64,000 nt of DNA from Chrysomallon squamiferum (GCA_012295275.1 CM022679.1:19406001-19470000), one strand, 5' to 3'; positions 1 to 14,157 are shown, numbered from the stretch's first letter. The notes: generated from the sequence alone by a model not told the origin. Made by a program: numbers and translations.

Positions 1-623
1 GTTGGTCATGCAGTCAGTCAGTGTACTGGATTGCCTCGTGCTGTGAGTGTTGTTTTTAGTTTTCTTGGTACAGATGTGATGTTGTATATGAACACAAACA
101 CATTGTAAAACATGTCCAGATGTATACATTAGTGTGTATTATCTGGCAAATATTCTCTAAAATTAGGAGGAAAACGGATATTAAAGTTTATTTGCATTAC
201 ATATATTTGTGTTCTCTTAATTTATCAGTAAGATGTTTATCAATCAGTATATGAATTATTTTCAATTAATGTCAGCATTTTGAAGTGCTTGATTGTTTGA
301 AGAACAATTGTTTTGTAATAAAAATGTTAAAATTATTTTTTGATCACCTTGTAGGTGTCATGTTTCAGTGCTAATTACACTGATGGTGGCTTGTTTGGAT
401 TCTTTGCCATCACTCAGCCTGAGGATTCAGAGAAGGTAAATTTGAGATAAGAGTATAAACTAAAAAGTTAATTTTGTTGTTCAGTTTTCTTCTAAATTAC
501 TATGATCTTTTTTTTTTTTTTCCTTCTGTCTTTAAGAGATAATGTTAAAAGAAAAAAGTAGTGTTTTAATCAACCAGGATATATTATTTTTCATTCACAA
601 AATTAATTTCTGTGACTAATAAG

Positions 624-662
<39 letters not shown>

Positions 663-1663
663 TTTGTTTGTCATTACCATTAAACATCTTTTTCTATTTG
701 TAATTTCAGGTTTTGAAGACTGTTACTGAACAATTTGTTTCTTTAACCAAAACAGGCATCAAGGATGAGGAATTTTCTAGAGCCAAGTATGTTTTTGTTT
801 TATTAAACGTTTGACAAATACTGTTCATACATAATTGTCAGTAGCATACCTTCTGGTGTAAGTTTCATTTTTAAACAATTAGATTTCATTCAAGTTTAAT
901 AGCTCCAGTCTAAAAGTTTTTGTATTTTAAAAATAAATGAATCAAAGTGGTGCCACTGATCATTGCAGTTTAGGAACAGTTACATTTATTGTACTGTTTA
1001 ACTTAGTTTGGTTTCATGTCAGGAATATTCATATTTAAATTAATTTATTCCTTTAAAATATTTAATTTGTTTTTGTAATTTTCAGAACTCAGCTGAAGAG
1101 TCAAATTGCCATGTTTTTTGAAAAGAATGACAACATTTTGATTGATCTGGCAGAGCAGGCTCTTGGACACCAGCAAATTACCTCCATGGAGGAAATCTTT
1201 AAACTTGTGGATGGTGTTGCCAAAGATGATGTGGTCAAAGTAAGTATAAATAATTCCAAATGTTTAGTTGCTAGATCATAGAATGACCACTGACAGTTTG
1301 AAGACATTGTTAGAGGTAGCAAAGAAAATTCAGTTATTTAAATTATGTAATGGAGGCTAATGTTAGATTCTTGTTTGTTTTTTTAGCAGTTAACTATTAA
1401 ATAAAACAGCTGGATATTTTCTTAAATGACATTTGTTGTTTTCACCAATGACTTTAGAATACAGAGACCTGTGATTAAGAACATTTGTCATCATTTATCT
1501 AGATGTTTTATTGACAATCCTGATAATTATTAAACTTTTTAATTTTATTTTTATTATTATTATTCTTTTGCAGCTGGCTGCCAAAATGGTTAAAGGAAAA
1601 CCATCCATGGCAACCCTCGGCAACATCTCCAAGACACCATATGTTGATCAGTTGTACAAATAA
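1..1663 (+). CDS. UQCRC2: Cytochrome b-c1 complex subunit 2 (core protein 2), 3' part; exons 1-42, 355-435, 710-786, 1086-1239, 1574-1663
   Basis: GT-AG introns, frames consistent. Translation ...VSCFSANYTDGGLFGFFAITQPEDSEK/VLKTVTEQF...AKTQLKSQIAM...VDGVAKDDVVK/LAAKMVKGKPSMATLGNISKTPYVDQLYK* matches the M16-family core-2 C-terminus (human SAFNASYSDSGLFG...SMAASGNLGHTPFVDEL). 5' part lies outside the window. Confidence 0.9.
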
Positions 1664-2791
1664 CTATTTTGTAATAGTATTTTTTTTTTTACATCTGTAA
1701 CATAAAATGTGAAGATACAGATATTTTGAACAGAAGAAATAATGAAGTGGATCAGAAACATGTTTGCACTGTCATTTTAGAGACTGATATATAAACTGAC
1801 AGATTGTGCTTGTGAAATTTGGAAATATTGACAAATAGATTGAATTGAACACTATTTAGAAGAGTTTCTTATTTATTTTTTTCATGATTTTAATTCTAAA
1901 ATATAAAGCCATTTGATAAATTAAGTTTTCTGAATAATAGATTAATAATTATCAATGCAAAAATTATTGGATTGGTAAAGCATCCTTCATTTAAAAAGAT
2001 TGCTTATGCAGTGAGTTTGGAATGAAGATGAAATTGCCAATAAATTACAACTGAATTTATTTTTGGAGTTTTTTTTTCTCCCATTTGCTTACACAAAGAT
2101 ATTAGTGGAGTTACAATGCAAAATACATTAAACGTTACCATATCTGGCAGATTTTACAAGATATTTACAAAAAGTACTAGACATCCAAAATAAAAGAAAT
2201 CCTAAGATTGCATGTTATTTGCTTTCACAAAATAAGAGATGTTTTGCAAACCACAAAACAAATTATTCTCTTTTAAAAAATGCAAGTATGGAAACAAATT
2301 AAAATTAGCCTCCAGTGAATTTGAATATTTCCACCCAAGAAGAAAGCCATTTGGTATAACCTGATAACCATTTCTTTTCTCATGTTATTAATCTGCTAAA
2401 AATATAGAAGTGAAACATTTGATCTTTTGCCATTTTCTTGAATAAGCTCTTTTAAAACTGATGGAGAACAAAGCCAGCTGAAGAAAAACAATATGTATAT
2501 GCAATGATTTTAGTTTATTAAAACAAAAATATGAAAATTATTTTACATGAAATAATAATTCAACATTAAAATGTGAGAAACCGATCCACTAGTTTAAAAT
2601 GATTTAATGACTGATCAGTTTTGGTATACTAAATAATAATAATTATTGAAATGGTCACTTTTTTTTGTTCACCTTACTAATTATTAGTCTACATCACAAT
2701 TTAATATTTTTCAAGAAAAAAAAAGAAAAAAAGATAAGCCATTATAACATTATTGTTTTCTTCATTATTTTGGCTCATTTCTTGTTTGTAA

Positions 2792-5700
2792 TCAGTCATG
2801 CATTGGTCTTGGCTTAAAACCTCCCCTCCCCATGCCTCCTCTTATTCCTCCCCGTGTGCCCCTCATAACATGTCCTCGCATATTTCGAATATTGTGACCA
2901 CCCCTTGCCATCCCACCCCCTCTACCTCTGCCCCTGTCTCCCATATTTCCTTGTTTATTTTTTGGTTGAGGTGATTTTGGTCTGAGTCTTTCAATTTCCT
3001 CTGTACATCCTGACAATGTGCTTTCCTGGTCTGGAAACAGCTTTGCAAAGACTTCGGAATCAAAGTTACTGCTTCGTATTTCTGGTCCAAGTGATAACCA
3101 TCCTGGGCGGATTGTACTGTCTCTAGCAAACAGATGAAGACGGCGTCTACCAAGACAGAAATGTTCAATAATGTGAAATATTTCAACTGGTTTGTCCTTG
3201 CAGCCATATTCTGGTTCCTCAGCTATGATCAGATCAATATCAACATTTGCATGAATGAAATCTCCATCAGTGCTTCGTTTTACTGTGCCTTTGATACCCA
3301 TGATGCAGTGTTCCTAGAATTCAACAAAGCACTTGCTAATTTTATTTGAATTAAAGTTAATAAATTTTAGATTACTTTATTATTATTATTCAAGTATAGC
3401 ACAGATATTACTTGTAGTCTTAAATGCTAACTTAAAAATCAGCTGCTACATGATCTTAGTTACAATATATGAATTTCCCTGGCATCTAGGATTAAATAAA
3501 CTAATATTACATGAAACATTCTTTTACTTGTCCAAAAATACTGATTACACAAATGTTAAACAATAAGTATAAATTATACCTTTGTTCTCTGGAAAATAGC
3601 ATCTGGTTCAAGATTTTTGTTATGTCCAGGATTCTTGATATTTGTTTTTATCCAGCATATGTCTTCACATCTTCTAAAACCCCATCGTTTCAAACACTAA
3701 CAATAAAAAAATATTTTGGTAACAAATTAGAATTAAACTGAAGTAATCAAAGTATAAATGAAGTTAATTTTAAATTATAATGAATCATGTATGGCATTTA
3801 ATGCTTTTTAAATTAAGTTTAACAAATCATTAAGACATACAAATAAAACAAAAGTTTTACAAAGTAAAATGTGAAATTCTTCAAGATAAATGAAAGAAGT
3901 ATATTTTCTCTCTGATATTTTAAAATCTATACCTGTCTGCCTCTCTCTAGACCCTCAGCATTTCCACACCACATCCAGAGAAATGATCGTTGTGCTGCCA
4001 CACTTGGAATATCGAGACGTTCTATCTAACAAAATTATTATCTGATTAACATCTATCAGAATGCTGTCCAGAATTTTTTGTTAAACATGCTTTTCTATTA
4101 TCTAAAATCTAATATATAATCGAATATTTATGAAATTAAAACAAATGTTTTGCACTATAAATAAATGGAATAAGGAGTACTTGAACACAGTCTATTGCAG
4201 ATGTAGACAGAGTTCCCATTTCACTATAATTTTGGAAATATTTTCTATGAACTTGAAGATCTTGAAATTATATTGTTTGTTATATGAATATAATGCAATT
4301 AAATAAAGAGTTATACCACAACACCTCAGAAAGAAATAAGATAAATTCTTTAATTAAACCAGGATATTAAAAGCATAAGCACCTCATCCCAGTTCCAGTA
4401 CTTGTCAAAAACAGCACCATTCATTCTTTGATATTCTATCAGTGGAGGCTCCACTAAAATAACATCAAATTTACTCCCAAGATCTCGAAGATCAAATGTT
4501 TCTAGATCACACTGCAAATACCTGTTTGATAAACAAACAAAAATTCCAGAAACAAGTTCAGAGGACAAATTCTATAAAGATTCAGGAAAAGTAAAATCCT
4601 GTATTATAATCACAGTTATTTATTTATTTAATTAAAGAATTTTATCATGACTCTAATTATAAAACCATACACAACATCATAGATTAGCTGCTTTTAACAT
4701 AAATGTTTTGTTATAAAATTTCTGGATTAAAATTTAAAGGAATGGAATAAACTAACCACTTATTCATCTTGGTAATAGTATTTAATAATGAATGTCTGAT
4801 CTATATAATAAGTTTTAACAAAGTTAAAGTAATTGAATAATTTATAAAAAAAACAGCAAAAAGGAATGCTCAGCCACACTTACATAGGAGGGATATTTGT
4901 TTTTGCTATCAGTTCATCCTTAAGACGAATCAGCTCTCTCAGTTTAGGATACTCTTCAAATCTGTTAGCCAAGCCTTTGAAAAATGACAGTAATTATTTT
5001 TAATGTATTCAAAGGTAATCACATTTTTTTCAAGAAATGAAGTACTAAATCTGGATCTGTTTATACATGTTGATAGGTGTTTTGTATACATATGTATTAT
5101 ATAAAAAAAAAATATGGAAAGAAATGTTCTACTGTATTGCCAATTATAGCAGTTGCTAAAGATATTAGTAATGAATTTTTGCTAATGTGCATGAATTATA
5201 ATCTGGATTTTAAAATGTCAGTATTATATTCAGTAATGGTGAAGTTATAGTAATTTTTTTCTTGATATATTAATTTATTAAATCTAAAAAACTAAAGAAA
5301 TTAATTTCAGATATTCTCACCAACATCTCTGATAAAATTCTGAGGTCGTTCTCCAGTGTCCATGAAATTTTGGCAGTAATCATTATGTGGGTTAGCACTT
5401 TGTGTTCCCTGTAAATGAAAGAAAAAAAACGAGGTTTTAATCTAATGAACTGGGTCATAATATTTTTTTTTTAAATACTCATTTTAATTTAATTTTAAAG
5501 ACTGGCATCACTAGGTTCAATTTTATCCTGGTCACATACCTTTACAAATGTACAGAATATACAGCATCCCCATCTTACTGTATTTTTAGAGCACCCACAG
5601 GGGCATTACTACCCAAGTTGAGAATCACTGATCACAAATTTTTATACAGTTGTATGTTTTATACAGTTGTATTAACTAACAAACCTTAAGAAAAGTACTG

Positions 5701-6999
5701 GAATCAGTATACATTTCTTCAGTATCATCATCAAATTTCTCTTCATCATCCTAGAATGAAAAAATACATCAATCATTTTTTTTTTAATAATCTATATAGC
5801 CATTACTTACAGACATATGATTTATTGTATTATGCTGAAATTTGTTTCATTTTTTTCTCTATAATATAACTGTTCCAAAATAAATAAAACAATCTTAACC
5901 TCATTCTTTTTGTCACTGGTTCCTGCTGAAATATCACCACCTTCATCTTCTGTTTTATTCTTTCCGTCTACATCCTGTGACTCAAGACTATAAAACATAA
6001 ATTTTATATATTACATGAGATCCAAAAATTATCTTCTGTAATTTTTACAACAATTACACAATTTATTGTAATAAATATATTTATCTTCCAATTCAGTATT
6101 AGTGAAATAAATACTCTATCTTAATGAATTTTAATGACACCTTAGCATAAAAGAAATGAATGGCTTAACATCTTATGGATCAAATAATCAATTCTTACTG
6201 CACCCATTGGGATATTTCCTATTAAATCCATTATCATAAAGTGTTTCTTCAAAAGCTGTGGTACGTTTTTATATCTAGCTGTTAATAACAGTAAGCCTTG
6301 GAGCTGTAGTATAAATAAGGTTGATACCTAATAACCATTTACAGAAAAATGCAAAAGCATCAATATATATACTGATTTATTATTCAATTTGCTGAAATCA
6401 TATGCAAACAAATAACTATGTATTTTAATTTTAAATTAGATCTTTAAAATTGTGGCACAGATAATACTTATTTGCAATAAACTGTACCTAACTTGTTTTT
6501 CTTTCTTTGCATCTTCTTGGGAATCCTTTGTTTTTAGAACAGATTTTAAACCATCAGGTGAGCTGACCCCTAACTAAACAAAATAACATCAAAAGACTAA
6601 ACCAGTATATAAATTCCACTGAATTCTGTTTCAATTATTCAGTTATTGTGCAATGAAAGATACTTATTGTGTAAACATAATCTACTGAACAAATGACATG
6701 CACAATTTCAAATTAAAAAAGCAGCAGCAACAACACTCAGAGACTGAGAGAGAAAGAAAAGTAACGAAAAGTCAGAAAGTTAATATTTTATTCTTACGGT
6801 CTTATTAATATATGATTAATGATTTCAATAAAGGAAAAAATATATATCAATATCATTAAAATGATTAATTAAATAAAAAGATGTTATAAAAAAATCATAA
6901 AATGCCACGCACAGCTTTTGCCAACAGTTCTTTCCTTTTTTGTGACAGCTGAGATCGTTTCAGAGATTTTTCGCGTATTTCTTTAAGCTGATCTCCCAT
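2792..6999 (-). CDS. METTL14: m6A methyltransferase complex non-catalytic subunit METTL14, 458 aa; exons 6999-6913, 6573-6488, 5987-5900, 5750-5685, 5408-5321, 4974-4884, 4521-4383, 4025-3933, 3696-3580, 3313-2792
   Basis: All introns GT-AG and phase-compatible. Hallmarks: [40 protein letters not shown], degenerate active site [10 protein letters not shown] (EPPL), [46 protein letters not shown]-terminal RGG repeats. Confidence 0.97.
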
Positions 7000-7012
7000 T
7001 TTTGACCAAACT

Positions 7013-7360
7013 CTTAAAGAACAAAAAAAGAAATTTAGTTTTTAAAAATATGCACTAACTTTCAATTTCAAGACATTCACATACTGAAATAAAAGGCAGC
7101 GAACAATTCCAGCCTCTGTGAAATCCGCGAACGATAACGCCAGTGAATAATTTATCGTACGTCAGTTCTTTCAAACAAATAGTTCGCAATTTTAATAAAA
7201 GTTTAACTTTCCAAGGAATAAAACATTCTCACTTTTATTATATAAAAAAGCATATGTGTTTGAAAACTAGCAAAATTAAAATTTCAAATATATTATGCAA
7301 TTTATTTTAGAAATATGGTGTTTGTTATGTATCATTCCGCATTGGACATATTGTTCGCTA
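7013..7360 (-). promoter_or_regulatory. Putative METTL14 5'UTR intron (7084-7013) plus proximal leader exon/promoter
   Basis: Minus strand: donor CA/GTATGT at 7084 and pyrimidine-rich acceptor TTTTGTTCTTTAAG ending 7013, 13 nt before AAAATG. Local CpG enrichment with repeated GCGAAC/GTTCGC (7099, 7127, 7172, 7353). Confidence 0.55.
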
Positions 7361-8765
7361 GCTGAGTAGCTGCTTTTGAGGAAAACCAAATTTATAAAAT
7401 CTGTTTACTATATTCTTAATCACTATTTCTAATCTCTTTACACCCAGATATATCAGATATATTTACTTCATTGATAATGAGCAAATTTGTCATATTTTCA
7501 AATTCCAGGCGTTCCTTTTCCAGACTGGTACAGGGGTAGTTAAAAGGACATGGCAGCAGAAATCTGTTAACAATAAGAATCTAGTTCAAAAATCAAAGCC
7601 ATTCACGTAAGTTTAAAGTTATTCCTATTTCAAATAGTGTATCATAACCTTATGTCTGGCTACTGAAAATATATTTAACAACACAGGTCTTAACTATTAG
7701 GGATGCTTCTATCAATGGACTGTATAAACCACTTCAGTTGTGACCTACAGACAAGTAAAACCAATAACATAAAATTTATGATAAATAACTATATCGTCTA
7801 ATCCATAGTAAGAGCATATTTAGAAAATGGATGGACATGTGTATCAATAAACATGGTTTAAGGGCATTAGGGTGTTTTCCAGAGTATGTACCTGTAAGTC
7901 GTCATTGGCAATATTCACCTTCTTTTTCCAGACTGAACTAAATGCTGTGACATAAATCTCTATATGTGGTCTAAACTATATTAATGAGTGATGTTAGGAA
8001 CTGCATAGACTTTTGAAATATTTTAATCTATTCTCTTTTAGGTATGTTTTTTTTTGTCAGATCCTGGTTTTTTTTAACAAGTCTGTAACAAAACATTTCA
8101 GACTGATATATCAGATGAGGATCAGACTTGTGAGGAGGAGCAAGTTTTCGAGGACAATGTTTATGAGATAGTTACACCAGAAGATGATACCTCTGATGAT
8201 TATAGTAATAATTTCCCATTTAAAAATCATGCAAAGTGTCCATTGCTGATATGAACACAATTGTCATATATATTTTACATTCTTACAAGCTATGTTTTAT
8301 TTTGGGTTTTTTTAAATTATTTATTTTTCCTTTATTGTTGTTGTTGTTGTTGTCTTTTTATTATTATTTTTTTTTCCTGCAAATCAAAATTAATAATAAA
8401 GTATAAATATTAAAGTTTACACTTTTGTCTAATGTTGATTATACATGATTTATGTACACTTTATGAATTGTACAGGTTTAAGTTGCACTGTTTTGGTTTT
8501 TTTTTCTTTTGTATTGTAGTTGTTGTTGTCTTTTTTAAATTTACAAATTAATGCTTGAAATTATTTTTTATCTAACCATTGTTTTAGTTCATAGTTAACC
8601 AAAGTTAACAAGTTTTAACTTTTTTTTGTTTTTTATTTTTCAAATAACAAAACTTGAGACACTACCATGGAGAATTATTAAAAGATCTGTTATGTTTCTA
8701 GTATTTTAAAAGAAAATACTTCTTGACAATACTAGTTCATTCTCACAATATATATATATCTACAT

Positions 8766-9796
8766 GGTATGTTCCCAAAACTGGCAGTCTCCAGATTATG
8801 TAATTGGTGAGGGGTTATAATCAGCTTCCAGAAATGGGAAAACTGGCGTAAGCAATTAAGGCCAATTTAGAGGTACAAAGAACAGAGGGGGCGATTAACG
8901 AGATTAACTTCAATGAGCAGTGAAAAGCAGAGGTGAGATGGAATAGAGATTGCAAGAAAATTAATGTTTGGAGACATGAAATTAATGTTGTATCTCAGTA
9001 AAATTTGCAGTCAGGAAATACTACCAATTTAGACATGTGGGGTTAACAAGATCAGTTAAGAGATGTATAAAATTTGGAGACAGGAAATACAACCTATATA
9101 AATACTGTACAGTCATGATGTTTGTTATGTTTGATCATGGCTGCGAAGGGAGAAATTTTGGACGGCAGAAAACAAGGTGCAGACCTTATACTTGATGGAT
9201 ATAGGTATGCACAGTGGATTAATAACAAGAATGGTACAGTACCATGGCGATGTTTGTATTCGAGGTCCATTCCTCGGATGAGAGCGAAGTTGCTGTCCAC
9301 CTACTGACCAACACCATGCAGAAGCGAGCACGGGAGGAGCTGACCAGTATCGCAAAGATATATGACGAGGAGAGGAAGAAGTTGTTGACCGTGTATGGAG
9401 ACGCAACACCACAGGACATGGCTTCCAAGCTGAGTATGTTTGAGGGAATCAAATCCAGCTTGTATCGACAGAGAGCGAAAAAGGTCACACAAACTCCAAA
9501 GGCAGCCATGGATATACACCTGGAAGGTGAGTGGACCAAGACTGAGTTGGGATCCGATTTTATCCTTGTGGATGATGTGCAGGTGGAGAGTAGAATCATC
9601 GTGTTTGGTACTGGTGCTGATTTTAGGAGACTTAGCGAGTCTGAGACTACGTCAATGGATGGAACATACTGTTTAACAAAAGTACATCAATTAAGGTGAC
9701 GGAACACAAATTAGTAAGGGTGAGAAATAAAATGCCAATTAAGATGTGTTATAATCTCACTGCCAGATTCAGGAATGCCAGAATCGGGAATAAACC
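8766..9796 (+). mobile_element. Non-autonomous (internally deleted) Mutator/MULE element with FLYWCH-like fragment and truncated transposase
   Basis: Imperfect TIRs GGTATGTTCCCAAAACTGGCA / TGCCAGAATCGGGAATAAACC; 8-bp TSD ATCTACAT (8758-8765) / ATCTACAC (9797-9804). ORFs 9122-9307 (LILDGYRY...NGTVPWRC, FLYWCH-like) and 9244-9699 (KSSLYRQRAK..GEWTKT..RIIVFGT..SMDGTY, ending just after the first catalytic Asp). Confidence 0.85.
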
Positions 9797-10413
9797 ATCT
9801 ACACACGTATACAATGTTTTTTGGGTTGATTTTTTTTGTGTGTATGTGTGTTTCTATTTTTCTATCTCATTTTATTCTATTATCATCCATCCATTTACGT
9901 CTCATCTTCTCACTGTATACATCAGTTTAGACTGACAGACAAATATGAAAAACATTTACGTTCATCAGTCCCATTCATTTATTTATATCTTTTTTAGTGC
10001 ATTTTACTGGGTGTAGCAGCATAACAATTGTTTATGTTTTTCTTAAAGTTTCTCATTTTCTAGTAACAAATATTTCATGTGAAATTATAAATTTGTTTTT
10101 CAGTCTTATGGATCTTGATCTGGGAGTAAATACCATTTATTTACAAGCTAAGACTATATTTTATGGAAGTAAGGTAAGTATTATTTACATAAGATATGAT
10201 TTTCCTCAGATTATTCATTACTGGACTTGACAAATACTGAAACAAAAATGTGTTATCCATTATAACATAGTTTTGAGCAGCTTTGATTGCAGAAAAGGAA
10301 AAGGTTCAACTTTATTAAAACCGACTGTAATAAATGTAACTCATGGTCAGGGATATCACTTTCTTTTTCTTTTCTTTTTACCCCCATATAAATCTACTTC
10401 TGTTGTGTTGCAG

Positions 10414-13230
10414 AATGTCAGTCATAAAGGTGGTGGAAAGAAAAATTCGAATGAGAAAAAGAAAAAGTGTGAGATATGTAAGTTGGACCATAGAAAGATA
10501 GGTCAACATTTATGGGCAGTTAGTGCGGGAGAAACAAAATCTGTTTGTGTACAAAGACTAGGACCAGCCAAAAAGATTGAAGATGGCAAATAATCTGAAG
10601 AATAGAAAGAAACTGCATGTAACATGGATGGAAAAACAGGGTAATGTTTGTGGCATTTGTAGCTACCATGAAGTAAGTAGAAATGAAAATAATTCTGGTC
10701 ATTACTACAAAATTATAGGTTAGTATTTAAGAGGTAAATACACAAACAGAAAATGAAAGGAATATTAAACCAAGTGTTCCTTATGGTGTGGTTGCAGAAA
10801 ATCTTGGTTGGCAGAATAACCAAAAAAATAGAAAAAGGTTACATATTATATGGTCACATAATAGAGGAAATGTCCAACAGTTTGTTTTTAGAAGCATATT
10901 GAAAGATAACTGTATGTCTGATGCCAAAATGAAGGACATTGTATCTGCAAGAAGCCATAGCATGAGGTAAAAAGTGCAATGATTCAGTGAGAAAAGTGGT
11001 TAATTTGGTAGCTGTTTAAAAATTCCATGTTCCCTAAAGGAACAAGAGATGAGGATATCACATTCATTTGTGGAATAAGTGAATGTGATAAAATGATATA
11101 CAACATTAAAAGTAAGTTACTTTTGTCCAATCCATTTTTTGTTCTAGCAAAAATAAATAATTTATTCTCAGTTAAGGAAAATACTGTAAGCACCAAATCA
11201 GTTGTGAAGAGAAAAAGTACTTGTGAGAGAAGACCAGTAGAAAAGGTATTTATGAAGATACAGGTAATGAAAAGAAAGTAAATGTTTGCTGTGATGAACA
11301 TAAAAGAGTAATTGTAGCACCTCAGATACAGTTTTTACATGATGATGTTAAACAGCTTTTGTTGAAATATTAAAAGAAAGCAATATCTACTGTGTTTTCA
11401 TGTCTAAACATCATCATGTAACTTTTCCTACCAAAAATTCAATAATAAATAGATTGTTTGCTGCTCAGGTCTACTGTACTTTTGCAGACTGTTCTGTGAA
11501 TGTCAGATTGAAAATGTATAATTAGAACACTGTACATGTTACTTATTCAGGTAATGTTAAGCCAGATATTACAGAGGAGAATCATAGCCTATCAAAGGAA
11601 AACTCAGAGAAGATTTGAAAAAAAATATTTGCTATTGGTAAGAAACCTTGCAGCAGTATTTAGAATGTGTTAAGAATGTTAAGATAAACACACTTGCAGC
11701 TGGAAATGTCAGGGTTATAGAAAAGACACAAGTGTGTGTCTTCAAAGTGCTTGTGAATCTAGGAAAACAGGTAGTAGAGAGGAAGACTGTATCAGAAGTC
11801 TTGCTGTTGATGAAAGGAATGAAGGAAAAATCTGATGCTGATTTAGGTTTCATTCAGAAAATTAGCTTAAAACCTAATTATGTTCTGCATTGGTCAGAAG
11901 AGGGATTAAGATTCTATCAAAATTTAGTAGAATAAGTTGCTTTGTATTGGGATGCTACAGGCAGCATTGTTCATAAAAATGAAGATGGTAAGTAGTTCTT
12001 AAACTATGAATTTTGCTGTAAAAAACCTAATAAAAGGTAAGATGGGAATCCCTGTTGCAGATATGATTAGTGAAAATCAAGCTTTGCCAACAGTTTTAAA
12101 TTGGATATGCAATTTCAGTCATGCTGAAAAGAAACTATTTGGATATAATAATGTTTCCTGCCCTATAATTAGTGATGAATCAATGGTTTTTATCTTAGCA
12201 GCACCTCTACATTTTAATAATGAAACTTTGAATCAATTTTTACATCAAACATGCCAAAAAAACTACTGTTCACATATGCTCTAATCATGAATAAAGTGAA
12301 AAACTTTTGCTGGAAAAATGTAAGCAAAAAAAACTGCAGAATATTTCTTTATATGGTAAGTCTGCTGATGAATAGTAATGAAATAAAAGAAATATGAGAA
12401 TTGCTACATATTTTTGTCGTTTTGTCCTCCAGTCATGTAACTTCCTGTAATGCACAGCTCATAGACAGACTAATTCATAAAATCAACTCTTGAAACAACA
12501 CTTTCAGAAGAATATTCTGATTTTGATGAATATAATTTTGAACAAGTTGACATAAAAATGTTGGAGCCTGGTTACTATACAGAGGAAGAATATTCTGATT
12601 TTGATGAATATAATTTTGAACAAGTTGACATAAAAATGTTGGAGCCTGGTTACTATACAGAGGAAGAATATTCTGATTTTGATGAATATAATTTTGAACA
12701 AGTTGACATAAAAATGTTGGAGCCTGGTTACTATACAGAGGAAGAATTTCTTAATTTAGCTGAAGATCTCCTTGAAAATGTTAAGAAAACTTGCTTGGCA
12801 TGTAAATTTGATGAAAATAGTTATGTTAATCCACATTTTTCAGAAATATTTCTTCAATATTTAAAAATGAAAATGTTGCCAATTTTGCCATTATGGTCGA
12901 ACATATTTTTGACAAATATAGCACAGACTGAAAAATCTGCATCAGAAATTCCCAGTAGTAAAAACTTTATTCATGAGCAGATGAAAACAACTAGTACAAT
13001 TGAAAATAGGTTTACAATTCTGAAGTATTGGACTGCAAGGCAGAACACTATTCAGACTGGATGATTTTTCAGAAAAATTGCATAATTGTTTCATGCAAAA
13101 ATTGGCAGCTGTAGATTGTATGAAAGTGAACAAAAATTTAAGGAAGATAAAGAAACCAATAAATAAACAGAAATGTGGCCAAATCAAAACAGCAATCTGA
13201 TAATTTTATGAAGAAAGGTACTTGAAAGGA
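10414..13230 (+). pseudogene. Decayed Mutator-superfamily transposase of NOF/Foldback type (many stops and frameshifts)
   Basis: Motifs in correct order across frames: YCTFADC (11472-), LYWDATGSIV (first Asp, 11951), IPVADMISE..LNW..F, IISDES..A..FN (second Asp, 12174), HICSNH CxxH (12277), LPLWS, TTSTIENRFTILK (catalytic Glu, 13002). Subfamily assignment from recalled motifs; element ends not resolved. Confidence 0.75.
12507..12747 (+). repeat. Perfect 78-bp tandem repeat x3 (in frame: EEYSDFDEYNFEQVDIKMLEPGYYTE)
   Basis: Identical units start at 12507, 12585 and 12663. Confidence 0.97.
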
Positions 13231-13879
13231 AGCAGTTAGTTGAAGATCATTATGAATTCCAGATGACCTCATTATTAACACTGTCAGATAATTTCTGTGT
13301 TCAAAAAGTTTATTGAGGCCTTGTGTAATATGTTTCTTCATAATTCAATTCTAATATCATCTATATAATCTATATTAAGAGTCTAACTGGAATGCACAAT
13401 TACAAAAATGATCCTCCTGATTGTAACAGTGATTTTATTACTTTCTAATTTAACTACATGTTGTTTTCATACCCTTGTGTTATTGTATTTACATTCATCA
13501 AAGGACTGTTTAAAATAAACAATTTTTTAGATGCTGACAGTTTAACCAAAGGTTTAGAGGGAACTTTCTTAATAATAATATTGAAAATTATTTTATACCT
13601 ATTAAATACAAAAAAAAAAAAAAAAAAACCCAAGCAAACTGTTTGTCATGACAGAAATGTTTTACTCATATATTTTATGATTTATATGTAAATATAAAGT
13701 TATAACTTAACTGATACCTTTACAGAAATAAGTTTATATTCCATTTTTTAAATATAAATTCTGTAAATTCAACTATTTAAACTATATTCATGTGAAATCA
13801 TGTCAAAATAAACGGTTTTAAAACAATTTTTTTTTATCATTATATAATCAAAGTAGATCATTCTGAATTAATATATTAA

Positions 13880-14157
13880 GGTGTGCATTATTCATGAGCA
13901 AACAGACCAATTTTGATATACTGCGATAGGAGTTATCTTGCTTGTTCTGTTTTGTTCACACCATGAAACTTCATTGATGGACCTGATTACAGTTCAGTGA
14001 CACGACAAATTCTAAATTATTGGGTGCACAATTTTGAGGGGTTTGTATATAAGAGACCTTTACTTTGCTATGTAACGTCAGTAATTAGGTCCATTTAGAT
14101 TTGATCATGGAAACCAAGTTGATCTAAACTCCACTCCAGTATATCTGTTTGCATACC
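13880..14157. mobile_element. 278-bp MITE with TTAA target duplication and GG...CC ends (Kolobok-like)
   Basis: TTAA|GGTGTGCA(11 nt)AACAGA ... TCTGTTTGCATACC|TTAA; TTAA at 13876-13879 and 14158-14161. RR...YY ends with TTAA fit Kolobok better than piggyBac (CCY ends). Confidence 0.7.

Noticed and set aside
12507-12747. Possible CRISPR-like array
   Set aside because: Units are contiguous with no unique spacers, and the context is eukaryotic; it is a tandem repeat.
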